This document shows, piece after piece, positions 19,789-31,555 of a DNA stretch of 64,000 bases. Under the pieces are notes generated by a model that was not told where the DNA came from, did no database searches, and saw only the letters and a program-made list of their open reading frames with translations. This DNA comes from an uncultured Pelagibacteraceae bacterium (GTDB lineage Bacteria > Pseudomonadota > Alphaproteobacteria > Pelagibacterales > Pelagibacteraceae), in NCBI GenBank assembly GCA_902524865.1, contig CABZEV010000001.1:6278-70277 (forward strand), read 5' to 3'. Both the position numbers and the translations under genes were made by a program. Numbering within the stretch: position 1 is the first letter of the stretch; each line of letters starts with the position of its first letter.

Positions 19789-20817
19789 ATGAATAAAAAT
19801 CTATTAACATACAAAAAAAGTGGGGTTGATATTAAAGCTGCAGATAAGTTTATAAAATTCATCTCTTCGATTTCATCAAAAAAAAAGGGCAAAAAAAAGT
19901 TTGATAATATAGGTGGTTTTGGTTCTATAACAAATATTCCCAACAATTTAAAAAGTCCAAAAATTGTAGCATGCACTGATGGAGTTGGTACTAAAATAGA
20001 GATAGCAAACCTTTTTAAGAAATTTGATACTATTGGTATCGATTTAGTTGCGATGAGTGTAAATGATTTGATAGTTCAAGGTGCAACTCCCTTTTTTTTC
20101 TTAGATTATATTTCAATAAACAAAATTAATTTACCAAAATTAAAATCAATCATTAAAGGAATTGTTAAAGGGTGTAATATATCTGGTTGTGATTTAGTTG
20201 GAGGTGAAACAGCTGAAATGCCCGGTACATATGAAAAAAATAAATTTGATATTGCTGGTTTTGCAGTTGGATTAGTTGAACAAAAAAAAATTTTAAACAA
20301 AAATAATGTCAAAGAAAATAACCTTATTTTAGCAATTCCATCAAGTGGCTTACATTCAAATGGTTACTCATTAGTAAGAAATATTATTAAAAGAAAAAAT
20401 ATACCAATTAATAAAAATATTTTTTTAAAAAAAGAGTTACTAAAACCAACAAAGATTTATGTTAAAGAAATTTTAAGTCTCATTAACAAGAAACTAATAA
20501 ATAGTTGTGCAAATATTACCGGTGGAGGTTTACCAGACAATATTAAAAGAGTTATCCCAAATAATCTTTGTGCAGAAATTGATTTAAAAAAGATAAAACC
20601 TCTTAAAATCTTTAAATGGTTAAAAAAAAACGATGTAAATGACCTCGAAATGTTAAAAACTTTTAATTGTGGCGTTGGTTTTTGTCTAATTATAAATCCA
20701 AGGAATTTAAAAAAAATTAATAAATATTTTTCTAAGAATTATAAACCTTATGTGATTGGCAAAATATCAAAAAATTCAAAAAAAATAAGATTGAATGGTA
20801 AAATTAATTGGTCTTAA
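19789..20817 (+). CDS. purM: Phosphoribosylformylglycinamidine cyclo-ligase (AIR synthase)
   Basis: YKKSGVDI, TDGVGTK, GGETAEMPG, SSGLHSNGYS, TFNCGVG. Confidence 0.97.
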   Translation: MNKNLLTYKKSGVDIKAADKFIKFISSISSKKKGKKKFDNIGGFGSITNIPNNLKSPKIVACTDGVGTKIEIANLFKKFDTIGIDLVAMSVNDLIVQGATPFFFLDYISINKINLPKLKSIIKGIVKGCNISGCDLVGGETAEMPGTYEKNKFDIAGFAVGLVEQKKILNKNNVKENNLILAIPSSGLHSNGYSLVRNIIKRKNIPINKNIFLKKELLKPTKIYVKEILSLINKKLINSCANITGGGLPDNIKRVIPNNLCAEIDLKKIKPLKIFKWLKKNDVNDLEMLKTFNCGVGFCLIINPRNLKKINKYFSKNYKPYVIGKISKNSKKIRLNGKINWS

Positions 20818-21379
20818 AAAAATAAGAACTGCAGTTTTTATTTCTGGCACAGGAAGTAATTTAAAAAATCTAATTAAATTTTCTTTAAAAAAAGTTTCTC
20901 CAATTGAAGTAAATTTGATCATTTCAAATAATGTAAAAGCAAAAGGACTTAAATTTGCGAAAATGTATAAGATTAAAAAAAAAGTTTATAATTATGATAA
21001 AAAAAGAAACTCTGAAAAAAAAATATTAAAAGACCTTATGTCAAATGATATTAAACTAATATGTCTCGCTGGGTTTATGAAAATTTTATCTAAAGATTTT
21101 ATACGGAAGTTTAAAGGAAAAATTTTGAACATACATCCATCTTTATTACCAAAATATAAAGGATTGAACACACATGATAGAGTAATACAAAACAAAGAAA
21201 AATACTCAGGATGCACAGTGCATTTAGTAAACTCAAAACTTGACTCGGGAAAAATAATTCTTCAAAAAAAGATTAAATTATCAAAAAAAGAAACGCCCCT
21301 ATCTCTTCAAAAAAAAATATTAAAACATGAACACATTTTATATCCAAGAGCTATCAGTAAGTTATTTGCTAATCTTTAA
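20795..21379 (+). CDS. purN: Phosphoribosylglycinamide formyltransferase
   Basis: ISGTGSNL, LAGFMKIL, NIHPSLLP, GCTVH, LDSG. Confidence 0.96.
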   Translation: MVKLIGLKKIRTAVFISGTGSNLKNLIKFSLKKVSPIEVNLIISNNVKAKGLKFAKMYKIKKKVYNYDKKRNSEKKILKDLMSNDIKLICLAGFMKILSKDFIRKFKGKILNIHPSLLPKYKGLNTHDRVIQNKEKYSGCTVHLVNSKLDSGKIILQKKIKLSKKETPLSLQKKILKHEHILYPRAISKLFANL

Positions 21380-21779
21380 AGAAAAAATCAATTTCAATTT
21401 TTGCATTTTCAACACTATCAGAACCATGTACTGAATTTTTATCTATCGAAATTCCATATTTTTTCCTGATTGTTCCTTCCGTAGCATCATTCGGGTTAGT
21501 AGCTCCCATCAATATTCTATTATCAGCTACAGCATTCTCTTTCTCAAGTATCATTGCAATTATTGGGCCTGATGAAAGATATGAGCATAAATCATTATAA
21601 AAAGGTTTTGTTTCATGAACTTTATAAAATTTTTCTGCCTCTGACTTTTCTATCTGAATCTTTTTTTCTTGAGATATGTTGAAACCATTTTTTATAAACA
21701 TTTGTTTTATTTCATTGTCTAGATTTCTTTCTACTGCATCTGGTTTAATAATTGATAAAGTTTGTTCAATATTATTCAT
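21369..21779 (-). CDS. ndk: Nucleoside diphosphate kinase
   Basis: [28 protein letters not shown]. Confidence 0.97.
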   Translation of the reverse strand: MNNIEQTLSIIKPDAVERNLDNEIKQMFIKNGFNISQEKKIQIEKSEAEKFYKVHETKPFYNDLCSYLSSGPIIAMILEKENAVADNRILMGATNPNDATEGTIRKKYGISIDKNSVHGSDSVENAKIEIDFFFKD

Positions 21780-23241
21780 AATAATCCTCGATTAATTGAT
21801 TTAATAATCTAACACCAAATCCTGTTGCACCCTCAGAGTTGAGCGCTCCTCCATATTTTGAAAATGCCATTCCAGCAATATCTAAATGTGCCCAAGGAGT
21901 TTTGTTTAATATAAATCTTTGTAAAAACTGCGCTGCAGTAGTTGAGCCTGCCCCTCCAACATAATTAATATTTTGCATGTCAGCATTTTTTGAATTTATC
22001 AATTTGTCGTAATTCTTATCTAACGGCATTCTCCAGACTCTTTCTCCAACTTTTTGACCTGAGTCAAATAATTGATTAGAAAGTTTATCGTTATTAGAAA
22101 AAAGACCAGCAAATTCAGAACCTAATGAGACTATTATTGCTCCTGTTAAAGTTGCTAAATCAACAATAAATTCAGGTTTATATTTTTTTTCTGTATAGGT
22201 AAGTGCATCAGCTAGAACTAATCTACCCTCAGCATCTGTATTTAAAACTTCAATTGTTTTTCCACTATAAGATTTTACTATATCACCAGGTCTTTGGGCG
22301 TTACTTCCAGGCATATTTTCAACGAGGCCTACAACTCCAACTGCATTCACTTTTGCCTTTCTTAGTGCAAGAATTTTCATTAAACCTACAACAACAGCAG
22401 AACCAGCCATATCGTAAGTCATATCTTCCATAAATTTGGCTGGCTTAAGAGAAATACCTCCAGTATCAAAACAAACTCCTTTTCCGACAAATGCTAAAGG
22501 TTTCTTTTTTGTTTTAGAACCTTTCCACTCTAAAGTAACGAGATATGATCCTCTTACACTACCTTGCCCTACCCCCAAAAGAGCATTCATTCCTAACTTT
22601 TTTAATTTTTTATTATCATAAATATTTACTTTAAGACCAAATTTTCTTAACTTTAACAATCTTTTTGCATATTCGTCTGGATGTAGAATATTTCCAGGTT
22701 CTGAGACAAGATCTTTCGTGAAATTGGTACCTTCTATTAAAGATTTATATTTACTTTTTTTGTTAAATTGAAATGACTTATTTTTGTTAAAAATTTCTAT
22801 TTCAAATTTTTTCTCTTTACTTTTTGATTTATATTTATTGAATTCATAGGATTTTAGGTAAAGACCTTGTGTAAATTGATCAAAAAAAAATTCATTTTTG
22901 GGAAAAGTACTTCTCAAATTTTGTTCATAAAAGCTTGTTTTGAAGTACGAATTTGTTTTTAAATACGTATAAAATTCAGCTCCAATCTTTTCGATCTCTA
23001 GTGGAGATTGACTATTTTTAATTCTTATTAAAATAACTTTTTGGAAAACATTTATATCGTATGATAAAAAATTCTTGTCGTCTAATACACTTGAACTTAT
23101 GGACTTATTTATAAAATTGGAGAATTTAAAAATTGGAAGTTTGTTAATCTCGTTTATTCGAAAATCTTTATTAGTAAAAAAAACATGGTTTTTTACTGAT
23201 TTTACGTTTAAGCTCTTTTTGAGGCTTATATTTATTGACAT
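21772..23241 (-). CDS. pepA: Leucyl aminopeptidase (M17)
   Basis: [43 protein letters not shown]. Confidence 0.96.
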   Translation of the reverse strand: MSINISLKKSLNVKSVKNHVFFTNKDFRINEINKLPIFKFSNFINKSISSSVLDDKNFLSYDINVFQKVILIRIKNSQSPLEIEKIGAEFYTYLKTNSYFKTSFYEQNLRSTFPKNEFFFDQFTQGLYLKSYEFNKYKSKSKEKKFEIEIFNKNKSFQFNKKSKYKSLIEGTNFTKDLVSEPGNILHPDEYAKRLLKLRKFGLKVNIYDNKKLKKLGMNALLGVGQGSVRGSYLVTLEWKGSKTKKKPLAFVGKGVCFDTGGISLKPAKFMEDMTYDMAGSAVVVGLMKILALRKAKVNAVGVVGLVENMPGSNAQRPGDIVKSYSGKTIEVLNTDAEGRLVLADALTYTEKKYKPEFIVDLATLTGAIIVSLGSEFAGLFSNNDKLSNQLFDSGQKVGERVWRMPLDKNYDKLINSKNADMQNINYVGGAGSTTAAQFLQRFILNKTPWAHLDIAGMAFSKYGGALNSEGATGFGVRLLNQLIEDYYE

Positions 23242-23321
23242 TTTTTATATATATACTTTAAGTTGTATTAAAATTGTAAACTAGTTATCAAAAATATATA
23301 AATATATTTTAGTAGATTTCA

Positions 23322-24458
23322 ATGAAAAAAATTTTATATAGAAAATTACTTAAAGACTGTTCAGTTTTTTTTATAATTACTCTTTTTTCTACTGGCGTAA
23401 TCATTTGGGTATTTCAAGCTGTAAATTTTTTAGATATCATTGTTGAAGATGGAAGAAATTACTTAGTTTATCTTAATTTTTCTATATTAAATTTTCCAAA
23501 AGTTTTGAGCAAATTATTACCTTTCATATTATTTATCAGTTTTCTCTATGTAATTGGAAAATACGAACTAAATAATGAATTAATAATTTTTTGGAATTTT
23601 GGCATAAATAAAATTGACCTAATTAATTTCTTTATAAAATTTTCATTTTTGATAATGCTTCTTCAATTATTTCTCACATCTACTATAGTTCCAAAAAGTC
23701 AAGATTTAGCTAGATCCTTCTTAAGAACATCATCAATTGATTATTTGGAAAATTTTATCAAACCTAAAGTGTTTAATGATGCCGTTAAAAACTTCACAAT
23801 TTATAGTAACTCAAAAGATGAATTTGGAAATTTAAGAGAGATTTATCTTAAAAAAGGTTCTGGAGGAAATTTTCAAATTACATTTGCAAAAGAAGGAAGA
23901 TTTAAAGAAATAGGAAAAAAACAATTTTTAGAATTAAAATTTGGGGAAACAATAAGTGTTATTGATAACAAAATTACTAATTTTAAATTTAAAAAAACAG
24001 ATTTTAACTTAAGTAATTTTGAAGATAATACTACTACTTATAAAAAAACCCAAGAAGTTGCTACTATGGATTTAGTCAAATGTTATCATAATCTAATGGG
24101 TTTAAATTTTCTTAAAATTGAACAAGATTTTAATGTTGAAAATTGCGAAACTGACAATATTGATAATATATTAAAAGAATTATATAAAAGAATTATAATT
24201 CCATTGTATATTCCTGTATTAATATTAATTTCATTACTATTAATATTCAAATCGAAAGAAAATATTAATTATCCTAGGTATAGAATATTAATTTTCCTAA
24301 TTGGTTTTAGTACAATAATTTTTTCTGAAATGACAATAAGATTAATTAAAGAGGATTTTTTAGAAAACTTAAAATTTGTTTTGATACCACTTGTTCTGAT
24401 TGTAAGTCTTTACTCAAATTACTTAGTAAGATTCAAAGAAATCAAAGCTTTAAAATGA
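23322..24458 (+). CDS. lptF: LPS export ABC transporter permease LptF
   Basis: YjgP/YjgQ topology (3 TM, periplasmic domain, 3 TM), NELII..NFG motif, synteny pepA<->lptFG-lptD-surA. Confidence 0.85.
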   Translation: MKKILYRKLLKDCSVFFIITLFSTGVIIWVFQAVNFLDIIVEDGRNYLVYLNFSILNFPKVLSKLLPFILFISFLYVIGKYELNNELIIFWNFGINKIDLINFFIKFSFLIMLLQLFLTSTIVPKSQDLARSFLRTSSIDYLENFIKPKVFNDAVKNFTIYSNSKDEFGNLREIYLKKGSGGNFQITFAKEGRFKEIGKKQFLELKFGETISVIDNKITNFKFKKTDFNLSNFEDNTTTYKKTQEVATMDLVKCYHNLMGLNFLKIEQDFNVENCETDNIDNILKELYKRIIIPLYIPVLILISLLLIFKSKENINYPRYRILIFLIGFSTIIFSEMTIRLIKEDFLENLKFVLIPLVLIVSLYSNYLVRFKEIKALK

Positions 24459-25528
24459 ATACATATACGAAATTTTTGGTAAAAACTTATTTATTGTCTA
24501 TTTTAAACGTTTTTTTTATTTTTTTTTGCTTAATATATATTCTTAATTTACTGACAGAATTAGAATTTTTTAAACAAGCAAATGTGGAGTCTTATTTTCC
24601 ACTCTATTTATCACTGATTAATACTCCAATGTTTGTTTTTGAGATGTTTCCATTTATTTTTTTAATATCAACACAATTTTTTTTTAATACCCTTTTTAAT
24701 AATAATGAAATGAATATTTTTAAATACTCAGGACTCAAAAATACAAAAATATTTTTTATATTAACTATTACTACTTTTTTTATTGGTGTTTTGGTAGTTT
24801 CTATTTTTTATAATTTTTCATCTAATTTAAAAAACTTATATCTTGGTTTAAAATCAAATTATACTGAGGATAAGAAATATCTAGCTGTTATAACTAATAA
24901 TGGTTTATGGATCAAAGATATATATAACGAAAGAATACTTATGATAAATGCTAGCTCTTTTAATGATAATGAACTTCTCAACACATATATATCTGAATTT
25001 AACAAAAACTTTGAAATTATGAGAAATATTAAAAGCGAAAAAATAGATATTTCAAATAAAGAGTGGGTAATTAGAGATGCTGAGATATATGTTCAAAATG
25101 ATAAAAAAGTAGTTAAAAATTTAAAATTAAAAACTAATTTTGATTATGAACTAATACAAAATTTGTTTTCTAACATGTCGTCTTTATCGTTTCTAGAGCT
25201 TATCAATATGAGAAAAAACTATAAAAACCTAAACTATTCTTTAACAGAAATAGATCTTCAACTTTTTAAATTAGTTACTTATCCTTTTTATTTTATTTTG
25301 ATGTTTATTTTTTCTGCAATAATAATGATGAATACTAAAACTTTTAGAAATAAAAGTCTTAAAATATCAATTGGACTTTTTTTATCAGTGATTATTTACT
25401 ATATAAATAATTTCTTTTATATTTTAGGGACCTCTGAAAAAATTAGTGTTATTAGTTCTGTCATTATTCCATTATTAATACTAACAATAATAAATTCTTT
25501 TTTAATGAGAAATTTAAATGCCAAATAA
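24455..25528 (+). CDS. lptG: LPS export ABC transporter permease LptG
   Basis: NNEMNIFKYSGL, NGLWIKD, YjgP/YjgQ topology, synteny. Confidence 0.85.
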   Translation: MNTYTKFLVKTYLLSILNVFFIFFCLIYILNLLTELEFFKQANVESYFPLYLSLINTPMFVFEMFPFIFLISTQFFFNTLFNNNEMNIFKYSGLKNTKIFFILTITTFFIGVLVVSIFYNFSSNLKNLYLGLKSNYTEDKKYLAVITNNGLWIKDIYNERILMINASSFNDNELLNTYISEFNKNFEIMRNIKSEKIDISNKEWVIRDAEIYVQNDKKVVKNLKLKTNFDYELIQNLFSNMSSLSFLELINMRKNYKNLNYSLTEIDLQLFKLVTYPFYFILMFIFSAIIMMNTKTFRNKSLKISIGLFLSVIIYYINNFFYILGTSEKISVISSVIIPLLILTIINSFLMRNLNAK

Positions 25529-27947
25529 AATAATAATATTATTAGTATTAATTTCTAATTTGTTTATCTTTAATGCGTTTAGCAATGATCAAATTAGTTT
25601 TGATGTTTCAGAAATAGAAATTTTAGATAATGGCAATAAAATAATTGGTAAAAATAGAGGAACAATTACCACAAATAATGGTATCACTATTGAAGCTGAT
25701 AGATTTGAATTTGATAAACTAAAAAATATTTTAAAAGCCCAAAATAATATCATAATTGAGGACACAACTAATAATTACAATTTTTTTGCACAAGATATTT
25801 TGTATTTCAAAAATGAAGAGAGAATTGAAATTAAAGGTGATGCAGAAGCTTTGATTGAAACTAATTATAAGTTTAATACCCAAGATATTATAATTCTAAG
25901 AAATGAAATGATGATTAGCTCAGATGTTGGCGCAACAATCATAGATCAACTTAATCTAACTAGATATGAAATTGGTAAATTTAGTTATGCACTTGAAAAA
26001 AAAATTTTAAAAGGAGAAAAAATTTTTATTCATACAAAATACAACGAACCTTTTAGTGATAAATATTTTTTTAAAAGTGCAGTTTTTAATCTAAAAACAC
26101 AAGATTATACTGCTCAAGATATTAATATAAATTTTAAAAAAGATATGTTTGGAAATAAAAATAATGATCCAAGATTTATAGGCCTATCGTCGTCAAGCAA
26201 AAATGGGATCACGATAATTAATAAAGGGGTATTTACTACTTGCAAAAAAAATGACAAATGTCCTCCATGGGCCATTCAAGCGGATAAAATAACTTACGAT
26301 GAAAACAAGAAACAAGTAGAATACGACAAAGCCTTAGTTAAAATTTATGATTTTCCTGTTTTATATTTTCCAAAATTTTTTCATCCAGGACCTACAGTGC
26401 AAAGACAATCAGGTTTTTTAGTGCCACATATTAACAACTCTAATGTTTTAGGCTCCTCTCTTCAAATACCTTATTTTTATGCACCATTTAATAATAAAGA
26501 TTTTACTTTCAAACCTACCATCTTTGATAAAAATATTTTTATGTTTCAATCTGAATATAGACAACAAAATAAGAATTCATTTTTAATAACTGATTTTAAT
26601 ATAGTTGATAATTATAAATCAAAAAAATCAAATAAGGAAAATACTCTTACTCATTTATTTTCAAAATATGAATTAGATTTAGATTTTAAAGATTATATTG
26701 AAAGTTCTGTAAATATTTCACTTCAAAAAGTAAATAATGATACATATCTCAAAGTTTTTGACACAAATATAGTAAATACAGATCTTAAACCAGATAACTT
26801 CGATACTTTAACTTCTGAGATAGATTTTAATCTCGAAAATGAAAAATTCGTATTAAATGCTGGTTTTACATCTTATGAAAATCTTTCTGAACTTAATAGT
26901 GATCGATATCAATATGTTTTGCCATACTATGATTTTTCAAAAACCTTTTTTGATAATAATAATTTCGCCTCTTTTAATTTTTTATCACAAGGAGACAATA
27001 TTTTAAAAGATACGAATAGTCTAAGATCAAGAATGATAAATAATTTGAATATTCAAAGTTATAGTTATTTTTTAAAAAATGGTTTCAAAAATAATTTAAA
27101 TTATTTTGTAAAAAATACTATTAGTGCAGGAAAAAATAACGCTGAATATGACTCAAGTCCGCATTTAAAATTTATGAATATATTTGAAGCAGTTTCAAGT
27201 TTCCCTCTAATTAATAAAGGTGAAAATTATAATGATTATTTAAATCCAAAATTATCATTAAGAATAAATCCATCGGATATGAAGAACTATAAAAATGAGA
27301 GTAGACAGATTAATACTGAAAATATATTTAATATTAATAGACTAGGTCTTATAGATACACTTGAGTCTGGACAAAGTTTAACTTTGGGTGTCGAATATAA
27401 AAAAGAAAAAATAAGTGATATAAATAAATATTTTGAATTTAATCTTGGTAAAGTTATTAGAACAAAATCTAATAACAATATTCCCTCTAATAGCACGCTT
27501 GACAAAAAAAATTCTAATTATTTTGGTAAAATAACAAATAATTTAAATAAAAATATAAATTTAAATTATGGATTTTCAGTAAATCACAATTTAGATGAAG
27601 TTCAATATAACTCGTTTGGAGCAACTTTCTCAAAAAATAATTTTGTTACAACGTTTAATTATGTGGAAGAAAACGGAGTAATTGGAAGTACAAATATTTT
27701 GGAAAATGCGACAACATTTAATTTTGACGAACAAAGTTTTATAACTTTTAGAACTAGAGAGAACAGAAAAATAGATTTAACAGAGTACTACGATTTAATT
27801 TATGAATATAGAAATGATTGTCTAATAGCTGGGATCAAATACAATAAAACCTATTATAAAGACAGGGACCTAGAACCTACTGAAGATTTTATGTTTAGTA
27901 TAAAAATCGTGCCTTTGAGTGGTATTGAGCAAAAATTTTCGAATTAG
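25518..27947 (+). CDS. lptD: LPS-assembly outer-membrane protein LptD
   Basis: FTTC...CPPW, PVLYFP, RQSGFLVP, YEYRNDC; signal peptide; synteny. Confidence 0.9.
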   Translation: MPNKIIILLVLISNLFIFNAFSNDQISFDVSEIEILDNGNKIIGKNRGTITTNNGITIEADRFEFDKLKNILKAQNNIIIEDTTNNYNFFAQDILYFKNEERIEIKGDAEALIETNYKFNTQDIIILRNEMMISSDVGATIIDQLNLTRYEIGKFSYALEKKILKGEKIFIHTKYNEPFSDKYFFKSAVFNLKTQDYTAQDININFKKDMFGNKNNDPRFIGLSSSSKNGITIINKGVFTTCKKNDKCPPWAIQADKITYDENKKQVEYDKALVKIYDFPVLYFPKFFHPGPTVQRQSGFLVPHINNSNVLGSSLQIPYFYAPFNNKDFTFKPTIFDKNIFMFQSEYRQQNKNSFLITDFNIVDNYKSKKSNKENTLTHLFSKYELDLDFKDYIESSVNISLQKVNNDTYLKVFDTNIVNTDLKPDNFDTLTSEIDFNLENEKFVLNAGFTSYENLSELNSDRYQYVLPYYDFSKTFFDNNNFASFNFLSQGDNILKDTNSLRSRMINNLNIQSYSYFLKNGFKNNLNYFVKNTISAGKNNAEYDSSPHLKFMNIFEAVSSFPLINKGENYNDYLNPKLSLRINPSDMKNYKNESRQINTENIFNINRLGLIDTLESGQSLTLGVEYKKEKISDINKYFEFNLGKVIRTKSNNNIPSNSTLDKKNSNYFGKITNNLNKNINLNYGFSVNHNLDEVQYNSFGATFSKNNFVTTFNYVEENGVIGSTNILENATTFNFDEQSFITFRTRENRKIDLTEYYDLIYEYRNDCLIAGIKYNKTYYKDRDLEPTEDFMFSIKIVPLSGIEQKFSN

Positions 27948-27951
27948 AAAA

Positions 27952-28896
27952 ATGCTTCTAGCAAAGAAAATCAAATTATATATTATTGTTATCTTTGCTT
28001 TAATCTTAAATATTCAAGATTTAATTGCATTTGAAAATAAGATATTATTTAAAATTGATAATGAAATTATTACAACAATTGATATTTATGAGGAAATTAA
28101 ATTTCTTAAAGTGTTTAATCCTGAAATAAATAGTCTAAGTGATGTAGAATTATTTGAAATATCAAAAAACAGCCTTATTAAAGATAAAATTAAAAAAATC
28201 GAAATAATGAAATTTGTGCGAGAATTGAAAGTTGATGATAAATTTCTATTGAAGCTAATTGAGAGTAAATATTCTAGACTAAATATCAACTCTATAAAAA
28301 ATTTTGAAAAATATTTAAAAAAAGAAAATTTAAACATCGAAATTGTAAAAAAAAAATTTATTATTGAATTAATGTGGAATGATTTGATTTATCAAAAATT
28401 TAGTAAAAAAGTTGTTATAGATAAAGAAAGAATTAAAAATGAAATTTCTCAAAATTCTCAAAAAAAATTTCAAAAAGAATTCTTGATTTCAGAAATAGTT
28501 TTTAACGTTGCTAATAAAGATGAATTTAATAATAAATATCAAAAAATTCTCTTAGATATAGAAAAGGTCGGATTTAAAAAAACTGCACTAATTCATAGTA
28601 ACTCTGATACAGGTACAAATGGAGGTCTTATTGGGTGGGTAAAGGAAGTTAATTTGAATAAAAACTTAAAAAGGATCATATCTGAATTAAAACCTGGACA
28701 ATTTTCAAAACCAGTAAGAACTTCATCGGGATTTATAATTATTAAAATCGATGATGAAAAGGAGTATGTGTCAAAATTTAATCTAGCTGATAAAATAGAT
28801 GAAATGGTCAAGTTTAAAACAAATGAACAGCTTAATCAATTTTCAAATATGTATTTAAATAAACTCAAAAAAAATTTAATAATTTATGGTTTATAA
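27952..28896 (+). CDS. surA: SurA-like chaperone/PPIase (single parvulin domain)
   Basis: IDNEIITTIDI, GGLIGWV, FSKPVRTSSGFIIIK; lies between lptD and pdxA. ATG at 27952. Confidence 0.85.
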   Translation: MLLAKKIKLYIIVIFALILNIQDLIAFENKILFKIDNEIITTIDIYEEIKFLKVFNPEINSLSDVELFEISKNSLIKDKIKKIEIMKFVRELKVDDKFLLKLIESKYSRLNINSIKNFEKYLKKENLNIEIVKKKFIIELMWNDLIYQKFSKKVVIDKERIKNEISQNSQKKFQKEFLISEIVFNVANKDEFNNKYQKILLDIEKVGFKKTALIHSNSDTGTNGGLIGWVKEVNLNKNLKRIISELKPGQFSKPVRTSSGFIIIKIDDEKEYVSKFNLADKIDEMVKFKTNEQLNQFSNMYLNKLKKNLIIYGL

Positions 28897-29851
28897 ACCT
28901 ATTTTAATAGTAGCTGGTGAACCAAATAGTATTTTTTCTGAAATTTTTTTTAAATCAATTAAACATAAAAAATATAAAAGTCCAATCATTATAATTGCTT
29001 CAAAAAAATTAATTGAACTCCAAATGAGAAAACTTAATGTAAATAAAAAAATAAGACTAATTGATTTTTTGGAAATAGAAAAATATAATTTTGATAATAG
29101 AAAAATTAATTTGATTGATGTTAATTTTGGTCAAAAAAAACCTTTTAAAAGAATCTCTAATAAATCCAACACTTATATTGAAAAATCATTTGAAATTGCT
29201 ATTCAAATTTTAAAAAAAAAAATAACTAATAAACTTATAAATGGTCCTATATCAAAAAAATTTTTCTTAAAAAAAAAATTTTTAGGCATAACTGAATATT
29301 TAGCTTTTAAAACAAAAACTAAAAATTTTGCTATGCTTATTTATAACAAAGAGTTATCTGTCTGCCCTTTAACAACTCATCTGCCTTTAAAAAAAGTTCC
29401 AAAAAAAATTAGTAATAAATTAATTAGGAATAAGGTAAAACTCATAGATAATTTTTATAAAAAATACTTTAAGCATACACCTACAATGGCAATTACAGGT
29501 TTAAATCCACATTGTGAAAGCACTGATGATTTTAATGAAGATGATAAGATCATTAAGCCCACAACAAAATCTTTAATTAAATTAAATTACAGGATATTAG
29601 GACCGTTTGCAGCTGATACAATTTTTTTAAGAAAGAATAGAAAAAAATTTAATGTGATTATCGGTATGTATCATGACCAAGTATTAACTCCTATAAAAAC
29701 TTTATTTGAGTATGATGCTATTAATATAACTCTGGGACTTCCATTTATACGAATTTCCCCTGACCATGGTCCAAATGAAAGTATGTTGGGAAAAAATAAA
29801 TCTAACCCTAAGAGTTTAATAAATGCATTAACTTTTTTAGACCTCAGGTAG
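28886..29851 (+). CDS. pdxA: 4-hydroxythreonine-4-phosphate dehydrogenase (divergent)
   Basis: TTHLPL, GLNPH, GPFAADT, MYHDQ, NITLGLPFIRISPDHG; synteny surA-pdxA-rsmA. Confidence 0.9.
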   Translation: MVYKPILIVAGEPNSIFSEIFFKSIKHKKYKSPIIIIASKKLIELQMRKLNVNKKIRLIDFLEIEKYNFDNRKINLIDVNFGQKKPFKRISNKSNTYIEKSFEIAIQILKKKITNKLINGPISKKFFLKKKFLGITEYLAFKTKTKNFAMLIYNKELSVCPLTTHLPLKKVPKKISNKLIRNKVKLIDNFYKKYFKHTPTMAITGLNPHCESTDDFNEDDKIIKPTTKSLIKLNYRILGPFAADTIFLRKNRKKFNVIIGMYHDQVLTPIKTLFEYDAINITLGLPFIRISPDHGPNESMLGKNKSNPKSLINALTFLDLR

Positions 29852-30633
29852 TGATAAAAGCAAAAAAAAGTTTGGGTCAAAATTTTTTAATCGATAAAAA
29901 TGTTTTAGAAAAAATTGTTTCTTTAATTAAAATTGAGAACAAATCAATACTTGAAGTAGGTCCAGGAACAGGAAATCTGACTTCTTCTATTTTAAAAAAT
30001 AATCCAAAAAAACTTATAGTAGTTGAAAAAGATAAATACTTAGCGAAACTATTAAAAAAAAAATTTGAAAATAATGTGGTTATAATTAATGAAGATATTC
30101 TTAAAATAGATGAAAATAAATTACACGAAGATAAGTTAATTGTTTTTGGAAATTTACCATACAATATCTCAACAGAAATTTTAGCTAAATGGGTTTTAAA
30201 TCTTGATAACAAAAATTTTTGGTTTGATTCTTTAATACTTATGTTTCAAAAAGAAGTGGCAGATAGGATTATATCCAAATTTAACTCGTCAAAATACGGT
30301 AGATTGACAATATTAGCTAATTGGAAATTAAATATTGTTAAGATCTGTGATATTAAAGCTGGAAGTTTTTCACCTAGGCCTAAAATTAATAGCTCATTAC
30401 TATTTTTTAAACCCAAAAAAAATTTTTATAAATTACAGAATTCAAAAAACTTAGAAAAAATAACTAGAGTCTTTTTTAATCAGAGAAGAAAAAAAATTAA
30501 AAAACCCTTTGATATATTATTTAATGGTAATGCTAATGTAATTAGAAATTTAAGAATTGACCTTAATTTAAGACCTCATAATTTAAAAGAGGAAATTTAT
30601 TATGAATTAACTCAAGAATATGAGAAGTTATGA
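29851..30633 (+). CDS. rsmA: 16S rRNA m6(2)A dimethyltransferase
   Basis: [35 protein letters not shown]. Confidence 0.97.
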   Translation: MIKAKKSLGQNFLIDKNVLEKIVSLIKIENKSILEVGPGTGNLTSSILKNNPKKLIVVEKDKYLAKLLKKKFENNVVIINEDILKIDENKLHEDKLIVFGNLPYNISTEILAKWVLNLDNKNFWFDSLILMFQKEVADRIISKFNSSKYGRLTILANWKLNIVKICDIKAGSFSPRPKINSSLLFFKPKKNFYKLQNSKNLEKITRVFFNQRRKKIKKPFDILFNGNANVIRNLRIDLNLRPHNLKEEIYYELTQEYEKL

Positions 30634-31260
30634 AGTAAGTTTTTCTATATGATTTCTAATAAAATCTTTATCATAATCTTTTGACGTATTTTTTATTTCG
30701 GCTTGGATTAGATTGAAAATCTTTTTGTAACAATCTTCTAAATTATTATTTATCACTACATAATCGTAATTAACCCAATGTAAGATATCATGTTCAAATT
30801 GCCTCATTCTTTCATCAACTATTAATTTATCTTTCATGTCTCTATTAGATAATCTCTCAAACAACACTTCTTTACTCGGAGGTAATATAAAAAAAGTTAT
30901 TAACTTATAATCTAATTTTTTATTTTTGATTTGATCAGCACCCTGCCAATCAATATCAAAAAGTACATTTTTTCCATTATCTAAATTATTTATGACTGGT
31001 GTTCTAGCTGAACCATAAAAATTATTAAAGACTTTTGCGTATTCTAAAAATTCTTGATTTTTAATTAATCTCTTAAACTCGTCTTCATTAACAAAAAAAT
31101 AATCTTTATTAGGAACTTCATTGGGTCTTGGCTTTCTTGTCGTATGTGAAATAGAAATTTCGAAATTATCTAGTTTTGATATTAAGTTTACTAACGTGGT
31201 CTTTCCTGCTCCAGACGGAGAAGATAAGATTATCATCACCCCATCATTATCTATGGGCAT
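30628..31260 (-). CDS. gmk: Guanylate kinase
   Basis: [29 protein letters not shown]. Confidence 0.97.
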   Translation of the reverse strand: MPIDNDGVMIILSSPSGAGKTTLVNLISKLDNFEISISHTTRKPRPNEVPNKDYFFVNEDEFKRLIKNQEFLEYAKVFNNFYGSARTPVINNLDNGKNVLFDIDWQGADQIKNKKLDYKLITFFILPPSKEVLFERLSNRDMKDKLIVDERMRQFEHDILHWVNYDYVVINNNLEDCYKKIFNLIQAEIKNTSKDYDKDFIRNHIEKLTS

Positions 31261-31267
31261 TTAATAT

Positions 31268-31507
31268 CTAATTTGCTTTTCCTTCGATAAATTTTACAGC
31301 ATCACCAACTGTTAAAATTTTTTCAGCTTCGCTATCAGAAATCTCAGAGCCAAACTCTTCTTCGAAAGCCATAACTAACTCAACTGTATCTAAACTATCT
31401 GCTCCTAAGTCGTCTATAAAACTTGACTCCTCTGTTACTTTAGCCTCATCAATACCTAGGTGATCAGCAACAATTTTTTTTACTTTACTTGAAACATCTT
31501 CTGACAT
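31268..31507 (-). CDS. acpP: Acyl carrier protein
   Basis: [20 protein letters not shown]. Confidence 0.98.
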   Translation of the reverse strand: MSEDVSSKVKKIVADHLGIDEAKVTEESSFIDDLGADSLDTVELVMAFEEEFGSEISDSEAEKILTVGDAVKFIEGKAN

Positions 31508-31555
31508 ATTGATCCTTTTTTATTTAAATTGTTAATAGTTTAAAAACCTGGTTTG

